A stretch of DNA of 64,000 nt from Patescibacteria group bacterium (GCA_041662565.1 JBAZSE010000001.1:257084-321083); one strand, 5' to 3'. Positions 46,333 to 56,417 are shown, counted from the stretch's first letter. Notes: a model not told the origin generated them from the letters alone. Numbers and translations are program-made.

Positions 46333-47493
46333 ATGGATAATTTAGCCATCCAAAAACAATTCATGTTGTCGCTTTATCCCAACCGCCAATTGGTTTTAAC
46401 CAAGGGCGAGGGCGTTTATTTATTTGATGAAGAGAATAATAAATATCTTGATTTGTTAAGCAATTACGGCGTTAATATTTTGGGTTATAATAATTTAGCG
46501 ATCAATCAGGTTTTGTCTGAACAGCTAAATAAATTAATTAATCTGCACGGCAGTTTTGGCAATGACCAAAGATCTTTGGCTTTGCAAAGTTTAGCTGATT
46601 GTTTGCCCAGTGGTTTAAATAAAGTTTTTTTTAGCAATTCCGGCACCGAAAGTATAGAAGCGGCTTTAAAGTTTGCTTTATTTGCTAGCGGCAAAACTCA
46701 ACTGTTAGCCGCGCGCAACGGTTATCACGGTAAAACCCTGGGCGCTTTAGGAGCTACCACCAGCCACCAGGATCATTATCGTCAGCCGTTTTTAAAATTT
46801 GTTCCCAAGTTTGATTTTATAGAATTTAACAACATCGCCAGTTTATCGGCTATTACCAATCAAACTGCCGCGGTTATTATTGAACCCTTGCAAGGTGAAG
46901 GCGGGGTAGTGGTTGGTAATAAAGATTTTTTTACCAAGTTACGGCAAATTTGCGACCAAACCGGAACATTACTTATTATGGATGAGGTGCAAACGGGATT
47001 AGGCAGAACCGGCCGGCTGTTCGCTTATGAGCATTTTGGCATTATTCCGGATATTTTGTGCTTAGGCAAGGGTTTGGCGGGCGGATTGCCGGCCGGCCTA
47101 ACTATTATTTCAGATTCAGTGGCTGCTAAATTAACCAAGGGCTTGCACACCAATACTTTTGGCGGCGGCCCGTTGGTTTGTGCGGGAATTAGTACTACTT
47201 TAAAGTTTTTGCAAGATAACAAGTTGCCTGTTCAGACCTCATTTAACGGATTGTATTTTATGAGTGAATTACAAAAATTAAATTCCCCGTTGATTAAAGA
47301 AGTTAGGGGATTGGGTTTGATGATTGCCATTGAATTAACAGCCAAGGCCTTACCCTATTTAATGGCTTTGCAAAAAAACGGCATAATTGCCGGACCAAGT
47401 GAAGAAAACGTGATTCGCTTGTTACCGCCTTTAATAATTTCTCAATCCGAAATTGATGAGGCCATTAGAATATTTAAGAAAGTTTTAAGTTAA
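46333..47493 (+). CDS. lysJ: Class III PLP aminotransferase LysJ (ArgD family)
   Basis: NSGTES-x-EAA, YHGKT, EPLQGEGG, DEVQTGLGRTG, GKGLAGG and TFGG motifs. Confidence 0.9.
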   Translation: MDNLAIQKQFMLSLYPNRQLVLTKGEGVYLFDEENNKYLDLLSNYGVNILGYNNLAINQVLSEQLNKLINLHGSFGNDQRSLALQSLADCLPSGLNKVFFSNSGTESIEAALKFALFASGKTQLLAARNGYHGKTLGALGATTSHQDHYRQPFLKFVPKFDFIEFNNIASLSAITNQTAAVIIEPLQGEGGVVVGNKDFFTKLRQICDQTGTLLIMDEVQTGLGRTGRLFAYEHFGIIPDILCLGKGLAGGLPAGLTIISDSVAAKLTKGLHTNTFGGGPLVCAGISTTLKFLQDNKLPVQTSFNGLYFMSELQKLNSPLIKEVRGLGLMIAIELTAKALPYLMALQKNGIIAGPSEENVIRLLPPLIISQSEIDEAIRIFKKVLS

Positions 47494-47614
47494 AATTTTT
47501 TTAAATAAAAAATATCGTAGCAGTAAATTGTCTCCAATTCAAGAACCGATAGCTGGAGGCATTTTTATTTTTATCTAAAAAGTGCTAACCTTACCTCGGA
47601 TAAATATCCAGTTT

Positions 47615-48184
47615 ATGCCGGAAAATAAGGATGAACAGCTGGCGGCTGCCTATTTGCAGGGCGATGCCGTGGCTTTAGAAACTTTGATTAAACATTATTT
47701 AAAGCCGATTTATGGTTTTGTTTTTAGGTTTGTTGGTAATAGATCGGATGCCGAAGATATTACGCAGGAAGTTTTTTTGCGTGTTTGGCGTTCTATGAAA
47801 AAGTTTGACCTTAAACGGTCTTTTCGGCCGTGGCTTTATGCTATTGCCAAAAACGTGGTTATTGATTGGTTGCGGCGCAAGAAAATTTTATCAGCCGCCC
47901 AACTGAGTTTAACCGAAGAAGATGAAGATTTGCTTGATAATTTGCCAGATGTTGGCCCGTTACCCGATGAAGTTTTGGATCAGCAATTTTTAGCTCAAGA
48001 GCTTGATCGGTTATTAACGGAACTGCCGGTTAAATATAAAACAGTCTTAGTACTTTATTATCAATCTGATTTTAGTTTGCCCGAGATCGCTGGAATTTTA
48101 AAAAAACCTTTAAATACGGTTAAAAGCTGGCATCGCCGGGGATTGCTTAATTTACGTCAGTTGGTTGATAAAAATCGTTTTTGA
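47615..48184 (+). CDS. ECF sigma factor
   Basis: DAEDITQEVF, F-x-x-WLY-x-IAKN and region 4 EIA-x-x-L-x-x-P-x-NTVKS motifs. Confidence 0.92.
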   Translation: MPENKDEQLAAAYLQGDAVALETLIKHYLKPIYGFVFRFVGNRSDAEDITQEVFLRVWRSMKKFDLKRSFRPWLYAIAKNVVIDWLRRKKILSAAQLSLTEEDEDLLDNLPDVGPLPDEVLDQQFLAQELDRLLTELPVKYKTVLVLYYQSDFSLPEIAGILKKPLNTVKSWHRRGLLNLRQLVDKNRF

Positions 48185-48189
48185 TTTTT

Positions 48190-48216
48190 TGCACCCAATT
48201 GGCTGGCGATTACGTA
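48190..48216 (+). promoter_or_regulatory. Candidate ECF-dependent promoter
   Basis: TGCACC-N17-CGTA, similar to the SigW/SigV-type TG(A/C)AAC...CGTA motif. Confidence 0.55.
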
Positions 48217-48235
48217 TTAACTAATAGACACATCT

Positions 48236-48661
48236 ATGCCGCAAAATTATCAACAATTATTCAAATCATTGCCTTTACCCGAGCCGGCGGACGGTTTAGC
48301 CGATAAAATCATATCCGCCATTAGTGAGCAGGCCTTGCTTAAGCTACGCTTTAGGCTATTTTTTGGCTTAACGGCCATATTGGCTTGCGGCGTTGGTTTT
48401 TGGTGGTCGGGCGGTTTGTTGCAAAATAGTTTGGTTCAATCGGGTTTTTGGGAATTTTTTAAGTTATTTTTTTCCGACGCCAGCTCGGTGGTTTATTATT
48501 GGCAAAGTTTTTTATTAGCGCTTTTAGAATCTCTACCTGTTTTGGGGCTGGCAGCTATATTAGCTGTGACCTTGGTTTTTATCATGTCGCTTAAATTTAT
48601 TAATATTAATTGGTTAAGCTATAAAGCTTTTAACCGGCCTAATAATTATGGAACAAACTAA
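48236..48661 (+). CDS. Putative membrane anti-sigma factor
   Basis: P-x-x-L-x-x-KI-x-x-x-I N-terminus plus TM helices, directly after the ECF gene. Confidence 0.6.
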   Translation: MPQNYQQLFKSLPLPEPADGLADKIISAISEQALLKLRFRLFFGLTAILACGVGFWWSGGLLQNSLVQSGFWEFFKLFFSDASSVVYYWQSFLLALLESLPVLGLAAILAVTLVFIMSLKFININWLSYKAFNRPNNYGTN

Positions 48662-49163
48662 TTTTTTTCAATCTAAAATATTTAAAATCTGCTTGTTGGT
48701 TTTGGTCTGGCTAATTTCTTTATTACTGGTTTTTAAAGCCGGTTTATTGATTGGCCTCACTAAAGCCAGGTTTAATTTTAGCTGGGGTGAAAATTATCAG
48801 GATAATTTTTTGGGCCGCCGGCCTGGGCCGAGCAAAATGATGATTAGGGATCTTGATGATCGGCTGTTAATGCCGGCTCATGGCGTAGCTGGCCAGATTA
48901 TTAAACTGAATGGACTGGAATTAGTGATTAAAGGGGATGATGGAGCGGAAAAAATAGTTTTGGTTAATGATCAGACCGAAATCAGGGAATTTCAAGATAA
49001 AGCCGCTTTAGCTGATCTTAAAATTGATGATTTTATCGTGGTCATTGGCGAACCCAATGAGACAGGACAAATTGCAGCTAAGTTTATCCGTTTAATGCCA
49101 CCTCGTCCGTCTAGCGGATTATTTGAGCCGATAATGGGGTTACCTAGACATCTTAAGATTTAA
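48648..49163 (+). CDS. Membrane-anchored OB-fold (DUF5666-like) protein
   Basis: GQIIK...T-x-I...DLKIDD-x-x-VVIG...I-x-A-x-x-IR. Confidence 0.65.
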   Translation: MEQTNFFQSKIFKICLLVLVWLISLLLVFKAGLLIGLTKARFNFSWGENYQDNFLGRRPGPSKMMIRDLDDRLLMPAHGVAGQIIKLNGLELVIKGDDGAEKIVLVNDQTEIREFQDKAALADLKIDDFIVVIGEPNETGQIAAKFIRLMPPRPSSGLFEPIMGLPRHLKI

Positions 49164-49174
49164 TTGATTATTTT

Positions 49175-50965
49175 ATGGTTGCTAAATTTTTAAGTTTTAT
49201 TTTTGCCCATAAGGTCTTAATGTTTTTTCTGGTAATTATTTTAGCCGGTGGCGGTTATTGGTTTTATCAGGACGCTCATTCTCAGGGCGCGGTTAGTACT
49301 TATGTGCTAGCCAAGGTTACTAAAGATACGCTAATTTCTACGGTTTCCGGCAGTGGACAGATGGCCGCCTCTAATCAGGTGGATCTTAAAGCTAAGGCCT
49401 CGGGTAAAGCTTTGTATGTGGGTGTGATTCAAGGGCAGGAAGTTAAAAGTGGCGCTTTGTTGGTTCAATTAGATACCCGTGAGGCGCAAAAATCGGTAAG
49501 GGATGCTCAAGCTAATTTGGCTTCGGCCGAACTGGCCATGGAAAAATTACAGCAGCCGGCCGATCAGTTAAGTTTATTGCAGCAAGAAAATTCTTTAGCT
49601 CAGGCAGAAGAAAATAAACAGACAACCCTTGATGATTTGGAAAAAGATTACGATGACGGTTTTAATTCCGTGGCTAACGCCTTTTTGGATTTGCCTGATG
49701 TGATGAATGGCTTGACCGCAGTTTTATTTGGTACAGATTTAAGTACGCAAAAAAGTTGGAATATGAATTTTTTTACCGACAGCGTTAAGTCTTATGATCC
49801 GACCGTAGAAATTTATCGTCAGAGCGCCGAGAACTCTTATCTCCAGGCACAAGAAGCTTATGAAGAAAATTTTAATAACTACAAGGTGGAAGGGCGTTTT
49901 TCCGATACTGAGGCTATTGAAAATTTAATTGATCAGACCTACAATACCACTAAAAAAATCGCTGAAGCCATTAAAAATTCTAACAATTTGATTCAATTTT
50001 ATCTTAATAATTTAGCTAATCGTAATATAAAACCCAGCGCCACGGTGACCGCCTATCTGGCTGATTTGAATAGCTATACCAGCCAAACCAATAACCATCT
50101 TTCCAGTTTGTTATCTATTAAGCGCGCTATTCAAACCGGCAAAGAAGATATTATTAACGCCGATCGGACAATTGCCGAACGCACTCAATCTTTGGCCGAT
50201 CTTAAGGCCGGAACCGATCAATTGGATCTTAAATCCGAGCAGTTAAGTTTAAAGCAGCGTCAAAATGCGCTTTTGGATGCTCAAGAAAAATTAGCCGATT
50301 ATTATATCCGCGCTCCTTTTGCAGGGGTGGCGGCTCAGGTTGAGGTTAAAAAAGGCGATGATGTTTCTTCGGGTTTAGTGGCTATTACTTTAATTACCAA
50401 ACAGCAGTTGGCGGAGATTTCTTTAAATGAGGTTGATGCCGCTAAAGTTAAGGCCGGCCAAAAAGCGACTTTGACTTTTGATGCTGTACCGGATCTGACT
50501 TTAACCGGCAGTGTGGTTTATTTAGATGCCGTCGGTACTGTTTCTCAGGGTGTTAGTTCTTATGTGGCCAAAATTGCTTTTGATGCTCAAGATGATCGGG
50601 TAAAACCCGGTATGAGCGTTTCTGCCAGTATTATTACCGAAGTTAAATCCGATGCTTTGTTGGTTCCAAATACTGCGTTAAAGATTCAAGGAGAAAGTTA
50701 TTATGTGGAAATGCCCGATTCAGCCGATCCTGCCTTGATTTCGGGTAATCAGTCAGGTGTGGTTTTAACGCTCCCAACAACTCGCAAAACAGTTTTAATT
50801 GGTTCTGCTAATGACGAATTTACCGAAATTATTTCTGGTTTAGCAGAGGGCGAAAATATTATTTCCAATACCCTTAGTGCGGTTAAAACCACGGCCACTC
50901 AAACATCCGCCAAAAGCGGTGGGTTTAGTATTCCCGGTTTAACAGGCGGAGGGCCTGGTCGATAA
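49175..50965 (+). CDS. MacA/HlyD-like membrane fusion protein with a long helical insert
   Basis: VSGSG, G-x-x-V-x-x-G-x-LL, IRAPFAG, KPGMS and VPN-x-A motifs. Confidence 0.88.
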   Translation: MVAKFLSFIFAHKVLMFFLVIILAGGGYWFYQDAHSQGAVSTYVLAKVTKDTLISTVSGSGQMAASNQVDLKAKASGKALYVGVIQGQEVKSGALLVQLDTREAQKSVRDAQANLASAELAMEKLQQPADQLSLLQQENSLAQAEENKQTTLDDLEKDYDDGFNSVANAFLDLPDVMNGLTAVLFGTDLSTQKSWNMNFFTDSVKSYDPTVEIYRQSAENSYLQAQEAYEENFNNYKVEGRFSDTEAIENLIDQTYNTTKKIAEAIKNSNNLIQFYLNNLANRNIKPSATVTAYLADLNSYTSQTNNHLSSLLSIKRAIQTGKEDIINADRTIAERTQSLADLKAGTDQLDLKSEQLSLKQRQNALLDAQEKLADYYIRAPFAGVAAQVEVKKGDDVSSGLVAITLITKQQLAEISLNEVDAAKVKAGQKATLTFDAVPDLTLTGSVVYLDAVGTVSQGVSSYVAKIAFDAQDDRVKPGMSVSASIITEVKSDALLVPNTALKIQGESYYVEMPDSADPALISGNQSGVVLTLPTTRKTVLIGSANDEFTEIISGLAEGENIISNTLSAVKTTATQTSAKSGGFSIPGLTGGGPGR

Positions 50966-50968
50966 TTT

Positions 50969-51673
50969 ATGCTGTCCGTTAAAAACATCAGTAAAATTTA
51001 TCAGATCGGCGATAATATTACCACAGCTTTGAATAATGTCAGTTTTGATATTAAAGACGGTGAGTTTGTGGCGATTATGGGGCCTTCTGGGAGCGGCAAA
51101 TCTACGCTGATGCATATTTTGGGTTGTTTGGATATACCAACTTCCGGATCTTATTTGTTAGATGAGCATGATGTTGCTCATATGTCCGATGATCAGTTGG
51201 CCGAAATTCGCAATCAAAAAATCGGTTTTGTTTTTCAGGGATTTAATTTGTTAGCCAGGGCTACTGTTTTGCGCAATGTTATTTTGCCCCTGGTTTACGC
51301 TGGTTTGGAAAAATCCAAGCGTCAGGCCGCAGTCAAGTTGGCTTTGGAGGCAGCAGCTTTTCCGGAAAAATTTTGGCAGCATCGGCCTAATGAACTTTCT
51401 GGCGGTATGATGCAACGAGTGGCGATTGCTAGAGCCCTGGTTAATAATCCGGCTTTAATTTTGGCCGATGAGCCGACCGGTAATTTGGATACCAAAACTG
51501 GCGAGGCCGTATTGGCGACTTTTCAGCATTTGCATCAAGTCCAGCATCGTACCATTATTTTAATTACCCACGAACTTTATGTAGCCGAGCACGCTCAAAG
51601 AATTATTCAGATTCGTGATGGCGCTTTAATTTCCGATACGCAGGTGGTTAATCGCCGTTTAGCAAAGTTATAA
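50969..51673 (+). CDS. ABC transporter ATPase (MacB/LolD type)
   Basis: [13 protein letters not shown] and ADEPTGNLD motifs. Confidence 0.95.
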   Translation: MLSVKNISKIYQIGDNITTALNNVSFDIKDGEFVAIMGPSGSGKSTLMHILGCLDIPTSGSYLLDEHDVAHMSDDQLAEIRNQKIGFVFQGFNLLARATVLRNVILPLVYAGLEKSKRQAAVKLALEAAAFPEKFWQHRPNELSGGMMQRVAIARALVNNPALILADEPTGNLDTKTGEAVLATFQHLHQVQHRTIILITHELYVAEHAQRIIQIRDGALISDTQVVNRRLAKL

Positions 51674-51682
51674 GATATTTTT

Positions 51683-52894
51683 ATGAAAACCGAAGATATT
51701 TTTCAAGAAACCTTTTCCGCCTTATTGGCCAATAAAGTCCGCTCGGGCCTGACTATTTTAGGTATTGTGATTGGTATTGCTTCGGTAATTGCTATGGTAG
51801 CTATTGGCCAAGGCGCTAGCAGCAACATTCAATCCAGCATCGAGGGATTGGGTTCAAATTTACTAACAGTTTCGCCAGGGGCGGCGCAAGCAGGCAGTGG
51901 TTTTGTTTCTTCCGGCCGCGGTGGCGCGCAAACTTTAAAAAATGGCGACGCCGAAGCTTTGCGGGATTTGGATGGTGTCGCGGCGGTTTCGCCGGAATAT
52001 CAAAGCCGTTTTCAAATTGTCGCGCCTGGTTATAATACTAATTCCACTGTGATTGGCGCAACTGCCGGTTATGCCGAAGTCAGAAATGTGACCATTGATC
52101 GCGGCTCGTTTTTAACTTCCAGTCATGAATCTGCGATATCCAAAGTGGCGGTTGTCGGGCCTACAGCAGCCGTTGATTTATTTGGCGAAGGCGTTGATCC
52201 AGTAGGTAAAACTATTAGGATTAAGGGAGTAAATTTTAAAGTGATTGGTATATTAAAGGCCATTGGCGGTTCAGGGTTTTTTAATCCAGATGAAGCCGTG
52301 TTAGTGCCTTTAAGCACAATGCATAAGATTTTAGCCGGAGTGGAACATCTTTCCAATATTTCCATCAAAGTAATTACTAAAGAGCAAATGAGTTTGGTTC
52401 AGGAACGAGCAACTGCTTTATTACTGAGTCGCCATAAAGTTGTTGAGGCGGATTTTTCCGTTGTTTCTCAGGCCGATATTTTAGGTGCCTTAACTTCAGT
52501 CACCAATACTTTTACTTTTTTCTTAGCATCCATTGCTGGTATTTCTTTATTGGTTGGCGGTATAGGAATTATGAATATGATGTTAACGGCCGTAACCGAA
52601 AGAACCAGGGAAATCGGTTTAAGAAAAGCCATCGGCGCGCGCAAACGCGACATTTCCACTCAATTTTTAATTGAAGCGATTATGTTGACTTTTTTTGGTG
52701 GTGCTGTTGGCGTTATTTTAGGCAGTTTAACGGCTTCTTTGGTAACGCGTTTTTCGGGTATTGCTACCACAATTTCTCTTCAGTCGGTTTTATTGGCTTT
52801 TGGCGTGTCTGCTTTTATTGGCATTCTCTTTGGTTATTATCCGGCGGCCAGGGCGGCGGGTTTAAGGCCGATTGAAGCCTTGAGATATGAATAA
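51683..52894 (+). CDS. ABC transporter permease (MacB/FtsX type)
   Basis: RS-x-LT-x-LGI-x-IG and GGIGIMN-x-ML-x-x-V-x-ERTREIG motifs. Confidence 0.95.
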   Translation: MKTEDIFQETFSALLANKVRSGLTILGIVIGIASVIAMVAIGQGASSNIQSSIEGLGSNLLTVSPGAAQAGSGFVSSGRGGAQTLKNGDAEALRDLDGVAAVSPEYQSRFQIVAPGYNTNSTVIGATAGYAEVRNVTIDRGSFLTSSHESAISKVAVVGPTAAVDLFGEGVDPVGKTIRIKGVNFKVIGILKAIGGSGFFNPDEAVLVPLSTMHKILAGVEHLSNISIKVITKEQMSLVQERATALLLSRHKVVEADFSVVSQADILGALTSVTNTFTFFLASIAGISLLVGGIGIMNMMLTAVTERTREIGLRKAIGARKRDISTQFLIEAIMLTFFGGAVGVILGSLTASLVTRFSGIATTISLQSVLLAFGVSAFIGILFGYYPAARAAGLRPIEALRYE

Positions 52895-52903
52895 AACTTT
52901 TCT

Positions 52904-53024
52904 GCAATTTTAGATTTTTGGCTGCGACTTCGTCAAACTGCGCAAAATGATTTTCGACGTAACTTTATTACGCCTCAAATCATTTTGCTGGTTTTCCTTG
53001 TCTCGCCTAGAAATCTAAAATTGT
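52904..53024. repeat. MITE-like hairpin element
   Basis: CAATTTTAGATTT...AAATCTAAAATTG outer arms and GCAAAATGATTT/AAATCATTTTGC inner arms. Confidence 0.75.
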
Positions 53025-53059
53025 ATGGTATAAGTAAATTAATAATTAATTTTAAAAAA

Positions 53060-53512
53060 ATGAAGAAAATATTATTGTATGTTGTTATCGCGGTAGTTGT
53101 GGCCGGTGCTGGCGGTTTTTATGGCGGAATAAAATATAACCAGGTCAAGTCAGACGCTGCCTTTGCCAAGGGCAATCTTCAAAATTTCCGAACCGGTTCA
53201 GGCGCTGGATTAATAGGTGGTCGTGGCAATGGCGCTATTAACGGTGGGTTTTTAAGCGGTGAAATTATAGCTAAAGATGATAAAAGCATGACTCTTAAAT
53301 TAAGAGACGGCGGTTCTAAAATAGTTTTTTATAGTTTAACCACCGAAGTAAGTAAATTTGATGCGGGTACGGCTGATGATTTAGTTATCGGCCAAACCGT
53401 ATCGGTGAATGGTAAGGTTAATACTGACGGCACCGTAGTGGCTCAATCTGTTCAGATTAGGCCAGCTATGCCAATCGTTAATCCGGTTAATAATGTGGTT
53501 CAGCCAAAATAA
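53060..53512 (+). CDS. Membrane-anchored DUF5666-like protein
   Basis: TM with GFYGG; GEII...DL-x-x-G-x-x-V-x-V-x-G...A-x-x-VQIRP. Confidence 0.7.
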   Translation: MKKILLYVVIAVVVAGAGGFYGGIKYNQVKSDAAFAKGNLQNFRTGSGAGLIGGRGNGAINGGFLSGEIIAKDDKSMTLKLRDGGSKIVFYSLTTEVSKFDAGTADDLVIGQTVSVNGKVNTDGTVVAQSVQIRPAMPIVNPVNNVVQPK

Positions 53513-53663
53513 TTAAATTTTGGTATTTATTAAGATGGTGGTCAAAGTTTGTTTATGCAGAATTTAGGTAGTTTAAAAATCGGTGAATTATAAAAAGGGA
53601 TTTGAGTATTATAAAACCCCGCTTCGAGCATAGCTGAGAAGCGGGGTTTAATTTTAGCAGTTA

Positions 53664-54221
53664 TTATTCAACAATCAAATTGCCTTTCATGCCCATAGCG
53701 CGATGCTGTCCAACGGAACAGTAATATTCAAAAGTTCCTGTTTTATCGGCTGTAAAGGTAACTTCGGTTTGTTGATTGGCTTTAAGTTGAGCGCTTTTAA
53801 CGTTAAATTCATCAATCAAAATATCATGAAAACCTTCCTGATTATCCAAAATGATTTTTACGATATCACCATTGTTAACCCTAATTTCAGGCAAGGAAAA
53901 GGAAAAGTTTTTGGCTATTACGGTAAAAGTTTTTACCTCTTGGGTTGTTTTAGAAGGTTGTTCCGGGTTAACAATTGCTTCGTTAACGTTACCTGATTGA
54001 CCTTCTTCCAAAGCGGGCATTTGTTGATTAATCGGATTTTGTTCTTGGTTTTGATTTAAATCCTGAGTATTGGGTTGGGCTGATTTTTTTTCTTCAGATT
54101 GGTTGGACATTTTGCTAATGGCCAAAATAGACGAAACAACTACCACGATCACGATTGCCGCAATAACAATAGCGGTTGATTTGCTGGAGGGATCTACTGG
54201 CTGAGGAATATTTTCTTCCAT
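53664..54221 (-). CDS. Cupredoxin-domain protein
   Basis: Type 1 copper ligands H...YYCSVGQHRAMGM. Confidence 0.88.
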   Translation of the reverse strand: MEENIPQPVDPSSKSTAIVIAAIVIVVVVSSILAISKMSNQSEEKKSAQPNTQDLNQNQEQNPINQQMPALEEGQSGNVNEAIVNPEQPSKTTQEVKTFTVIAKNFSFSLPEIRVNNGDIVKIILDNQEGFHDILIDEFNVKSAQLKANQQTEVTFTADKTGTFEYYCSVGQHRAMGMKGNLIVE

Positions 54222-54392
54222 ATGTATAAAAAAATTAATTATTAATCAAGTTATCCCCAATTTTTTGAATTTTTATTTTGAGGTGAGGGTATGATATCAT
54301 TTTTTTGCTTTTTCATCAAGTGATTTTTTTGCTACATCGCCCTTTTTGTGGTTATATGCTAAAATTAATGGGTAATTTTTTAATTTTAAAAA

Positions 54393-54992
54393 ATGAAAAA
54401 AAACCATATTTATACGGCTATATTACTGGCAGTTCTACTAATTGTCGGTTTTAGCTGGTTTTGGAGAAATCAAGGCAACAGTACCCAACAAACAGCGGTT
54501 GATCAAGCTGATCAAGAAGCGCAATCTGTAGAAAGAACAATCACTAAAACTTCTTTTAATATTTTGGCCCCTACCGGTTGGGCCGAAATTGTTGCTCCGG
54601 CCAATACCAGTTTGTTGATTGTAAATACCGCCGAAAAATTTCCCAACCCTATTTTGGAAAAATTGAATTTTAAAACCTATTACGCTTTAACCGATAAATC
54701 CTTAAACGGTTCGGATTTGAGCGGTTTTATTGCCGAAACCAAAACCCAACTTGCCGGTCTGTATCCTTTAATGAAGCTTGAGCCCTTACCCAGCCGTTTG
54801 GTTAATGGGAAAGAGGTAAAAATTTTTGGCGGTGAAATGGTGGAGCAAGGCGCGCAGTTTAAAATGATGCTGGCATTTTTTGCGGGAAAAAATAATGATG
54901 CTTGGACGCTAAGCTTTAACACAGGTGCTGATAATTGGGAAGTGTACCAACCCGTTATTAATAGTGTTATTGATTCTTTCAAGCTAAACTAA
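54393..54992 (+). CDS. Membrane-anchored PsbP/DcrB-like protein
   Basis: F-x-I-x-x-P-x-GW motif and C-terminal I-x-x-SFK. Confidence 0.55.
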   Translation: MKKNHIYTAILLAVLLIVGFSWFWRNQGNSTQQTAVDQADQEAQSVERTITKTSFNILAPTGWAEIVAPANTSLLIVNTAEKFPNPILEKLNFKTYYALTDKSLNGSDLSGFIAETKTQLAGLYPLMKLEPLPSRLVNGKEVKIFGGEMVEQGAQFKMMLAFFAGKNNDAWTLSFNTGADNWEVYQPVINSVIDSFKLN

Positions 54993-55018
54993 CGGCTTAA
55001 TAATTATTTAATAAAAGT

Positions 55019-55249
55019 ATGTTAGCTAATTTAGGTTTAATTTTAATTATTTTGGGTTGGCTGTACCAGCTTAGTTGGATTTTAAAATCCCAAAAAGAAA
55101 TCCAGACCGGTTTTTTAACGCTTTACGGCCTGGGAGTTTTACTTCTGATAATTGATGGATTTTACAGCGAAGCCAAAGTATTAGCTTGGTTGAATTTGAT
55201 TATTTTGGGAATTATTTTTTTAATTCGGCAAAGGGTTTCGAAAAGGTAA
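55019..55249 (+). CDS. Small three-TM protein (PQ-loop/SemiSWEET-like)
   Basis: Three hydrophobic helices; W-x-x-Q early in the sequence. Confidence 0.5.
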   Translation: MLANLGLILIILGWLYQLSWILKSQKEIQTGFLTLYGLGVLLLIIDGFYSEAKVLAWLNLIILGIIFLIRQRVSKR

Positions 55250-56417
55250 ACCAAATTACGGCAATTATTGAAGTTAGGGCGCCAAATAAGAAAGGCGCGC
55301 TCGGGTTAAGGTATTTCCATAATAAGCCGGCTCCAAAAGAAGCAAAAAAGACGCAAAAACCTGTTAGCATTAAATAGGCACCCAATGCTGTGCCTATTTT
55401 TTCTTTTGGAACCATTTTGGCAATGTAGGCCTTGCTAATCCCATCGGTTAAAGCCATGTAAATTCCATAAATGGGGAATAAAAACCAAATCCAAAGATCA
55501 TTTTTTATCAAACCCAAACTAAGATAAACCAAAGCAAAGAGCCAATAGCCCAAGGTTAAGATTTTTTTGGCGCCGATTTTATCCGCAATAATGCCAGCCG
55601 GGTAAGAAAATAAAGAATAAGTTAAATTGAATAAAACGTAAGCGGAAACGGTTAAGGTAGCGGCCAGGCCCAAATCAATGGCTCTTAAAATTAAAAAAGC
55701 ATCGGAGCTGTTGCCAATGGCAAAAATTATTGAAATCAGCAGAAATTTTTTAAAAGCCGGGTCTAGTTCTTTCCAGGAAAATTTGTAATTGGCTATTAAG
55801 GGCTTATTTAATCCGCTGGGTGCTTTTTCTTTGATTTTTTCTTTAACAAACAACAAAAGCAAAATGACGCCGATGGTAGAAGGGATGCCGGCCAAAAAGA
55901 AAATCAATCTAAAATTATTTTGATATAAAAAAATAAGCAATAAAGCCAAGATGGGGCCGATAACAGCTCCTAAAGAATCCATGGAGCGATGCAAGCCAAA
56001 GGCCCGGCCTTGGTTTTGGGGTTCTACCGAATCTATTATCAGAGCGTCTCTGGCCGCCGTTCTAGTGCCTTTGCCAAAGCGATCTAAAAAGCGGGCAAAT
56101 AAAACAAACGGCCAAGCGTGCGCCAGGCCGATTAAAAATTTGGAAGCAGCGGATAATGAATAGCCCACGGCCACAAAGATTTTTCTTTTTTGTAAGCGGT
56201 CCGATAACCAACCAGAAATCATTTTTAGCAAGCTGGCGGTTGATTCGGCCGCGCCTTCAATTAAGCCCACGGCCGTGGCCGGGGCGCCCAAAACCGTAGT
56301 TAAAAAAATCGGAACAATCGGATAAATCATTTCCGAAGAAATATCGTTAAATAAGCTGACCAAACCCATGATTTTAACATTCCTGGGCATGGTTATTTTT
56401 TTTGGATTTTCCATCAT
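55212..56417 (-). CDS. MFS transporter
   Basis: D-x-SSEM-x-x-P, G-x-LSDR, DR-x-GKG-x-R-x-x-x-RDA and GNSSDAF motifs. Confidence 0.92.
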   Translation of the reverse strand: MMENPKKITMPRNVKIMGLVSLFNDISSEMIYPIVPIFLTTVLGAPATAVGLIEGAAESTASLLKMISGWLSDRLQKRKIFVAVGYSLSAASKFLIGLAHAWPFVLFARFLDRFGKGTRTAARDALIIDSVEPQNQGRAFGLHRSMDSLGAVIGPILALLLIFLYQNNFRLIFFLAGIPSTIGVILLLLFVKEKIKEKAPSGLNKPLIANYKFSWKELDPAFKKFLLISIIFAIGNSSDAFLILRAIDLGLAATLTVSAYVLFNLTYSLFSYPAGIIADKIGAKKILTLGYWLFALVYLSLGLIKNDLWIWFLFPIYGIYMALTDGISKAYIAKMVPKEKIGTALGAYLMLTGFCVFFASFGAGLLWKYLNPSAPFLFGALTSIIAVIWFTFSKPFAELKK

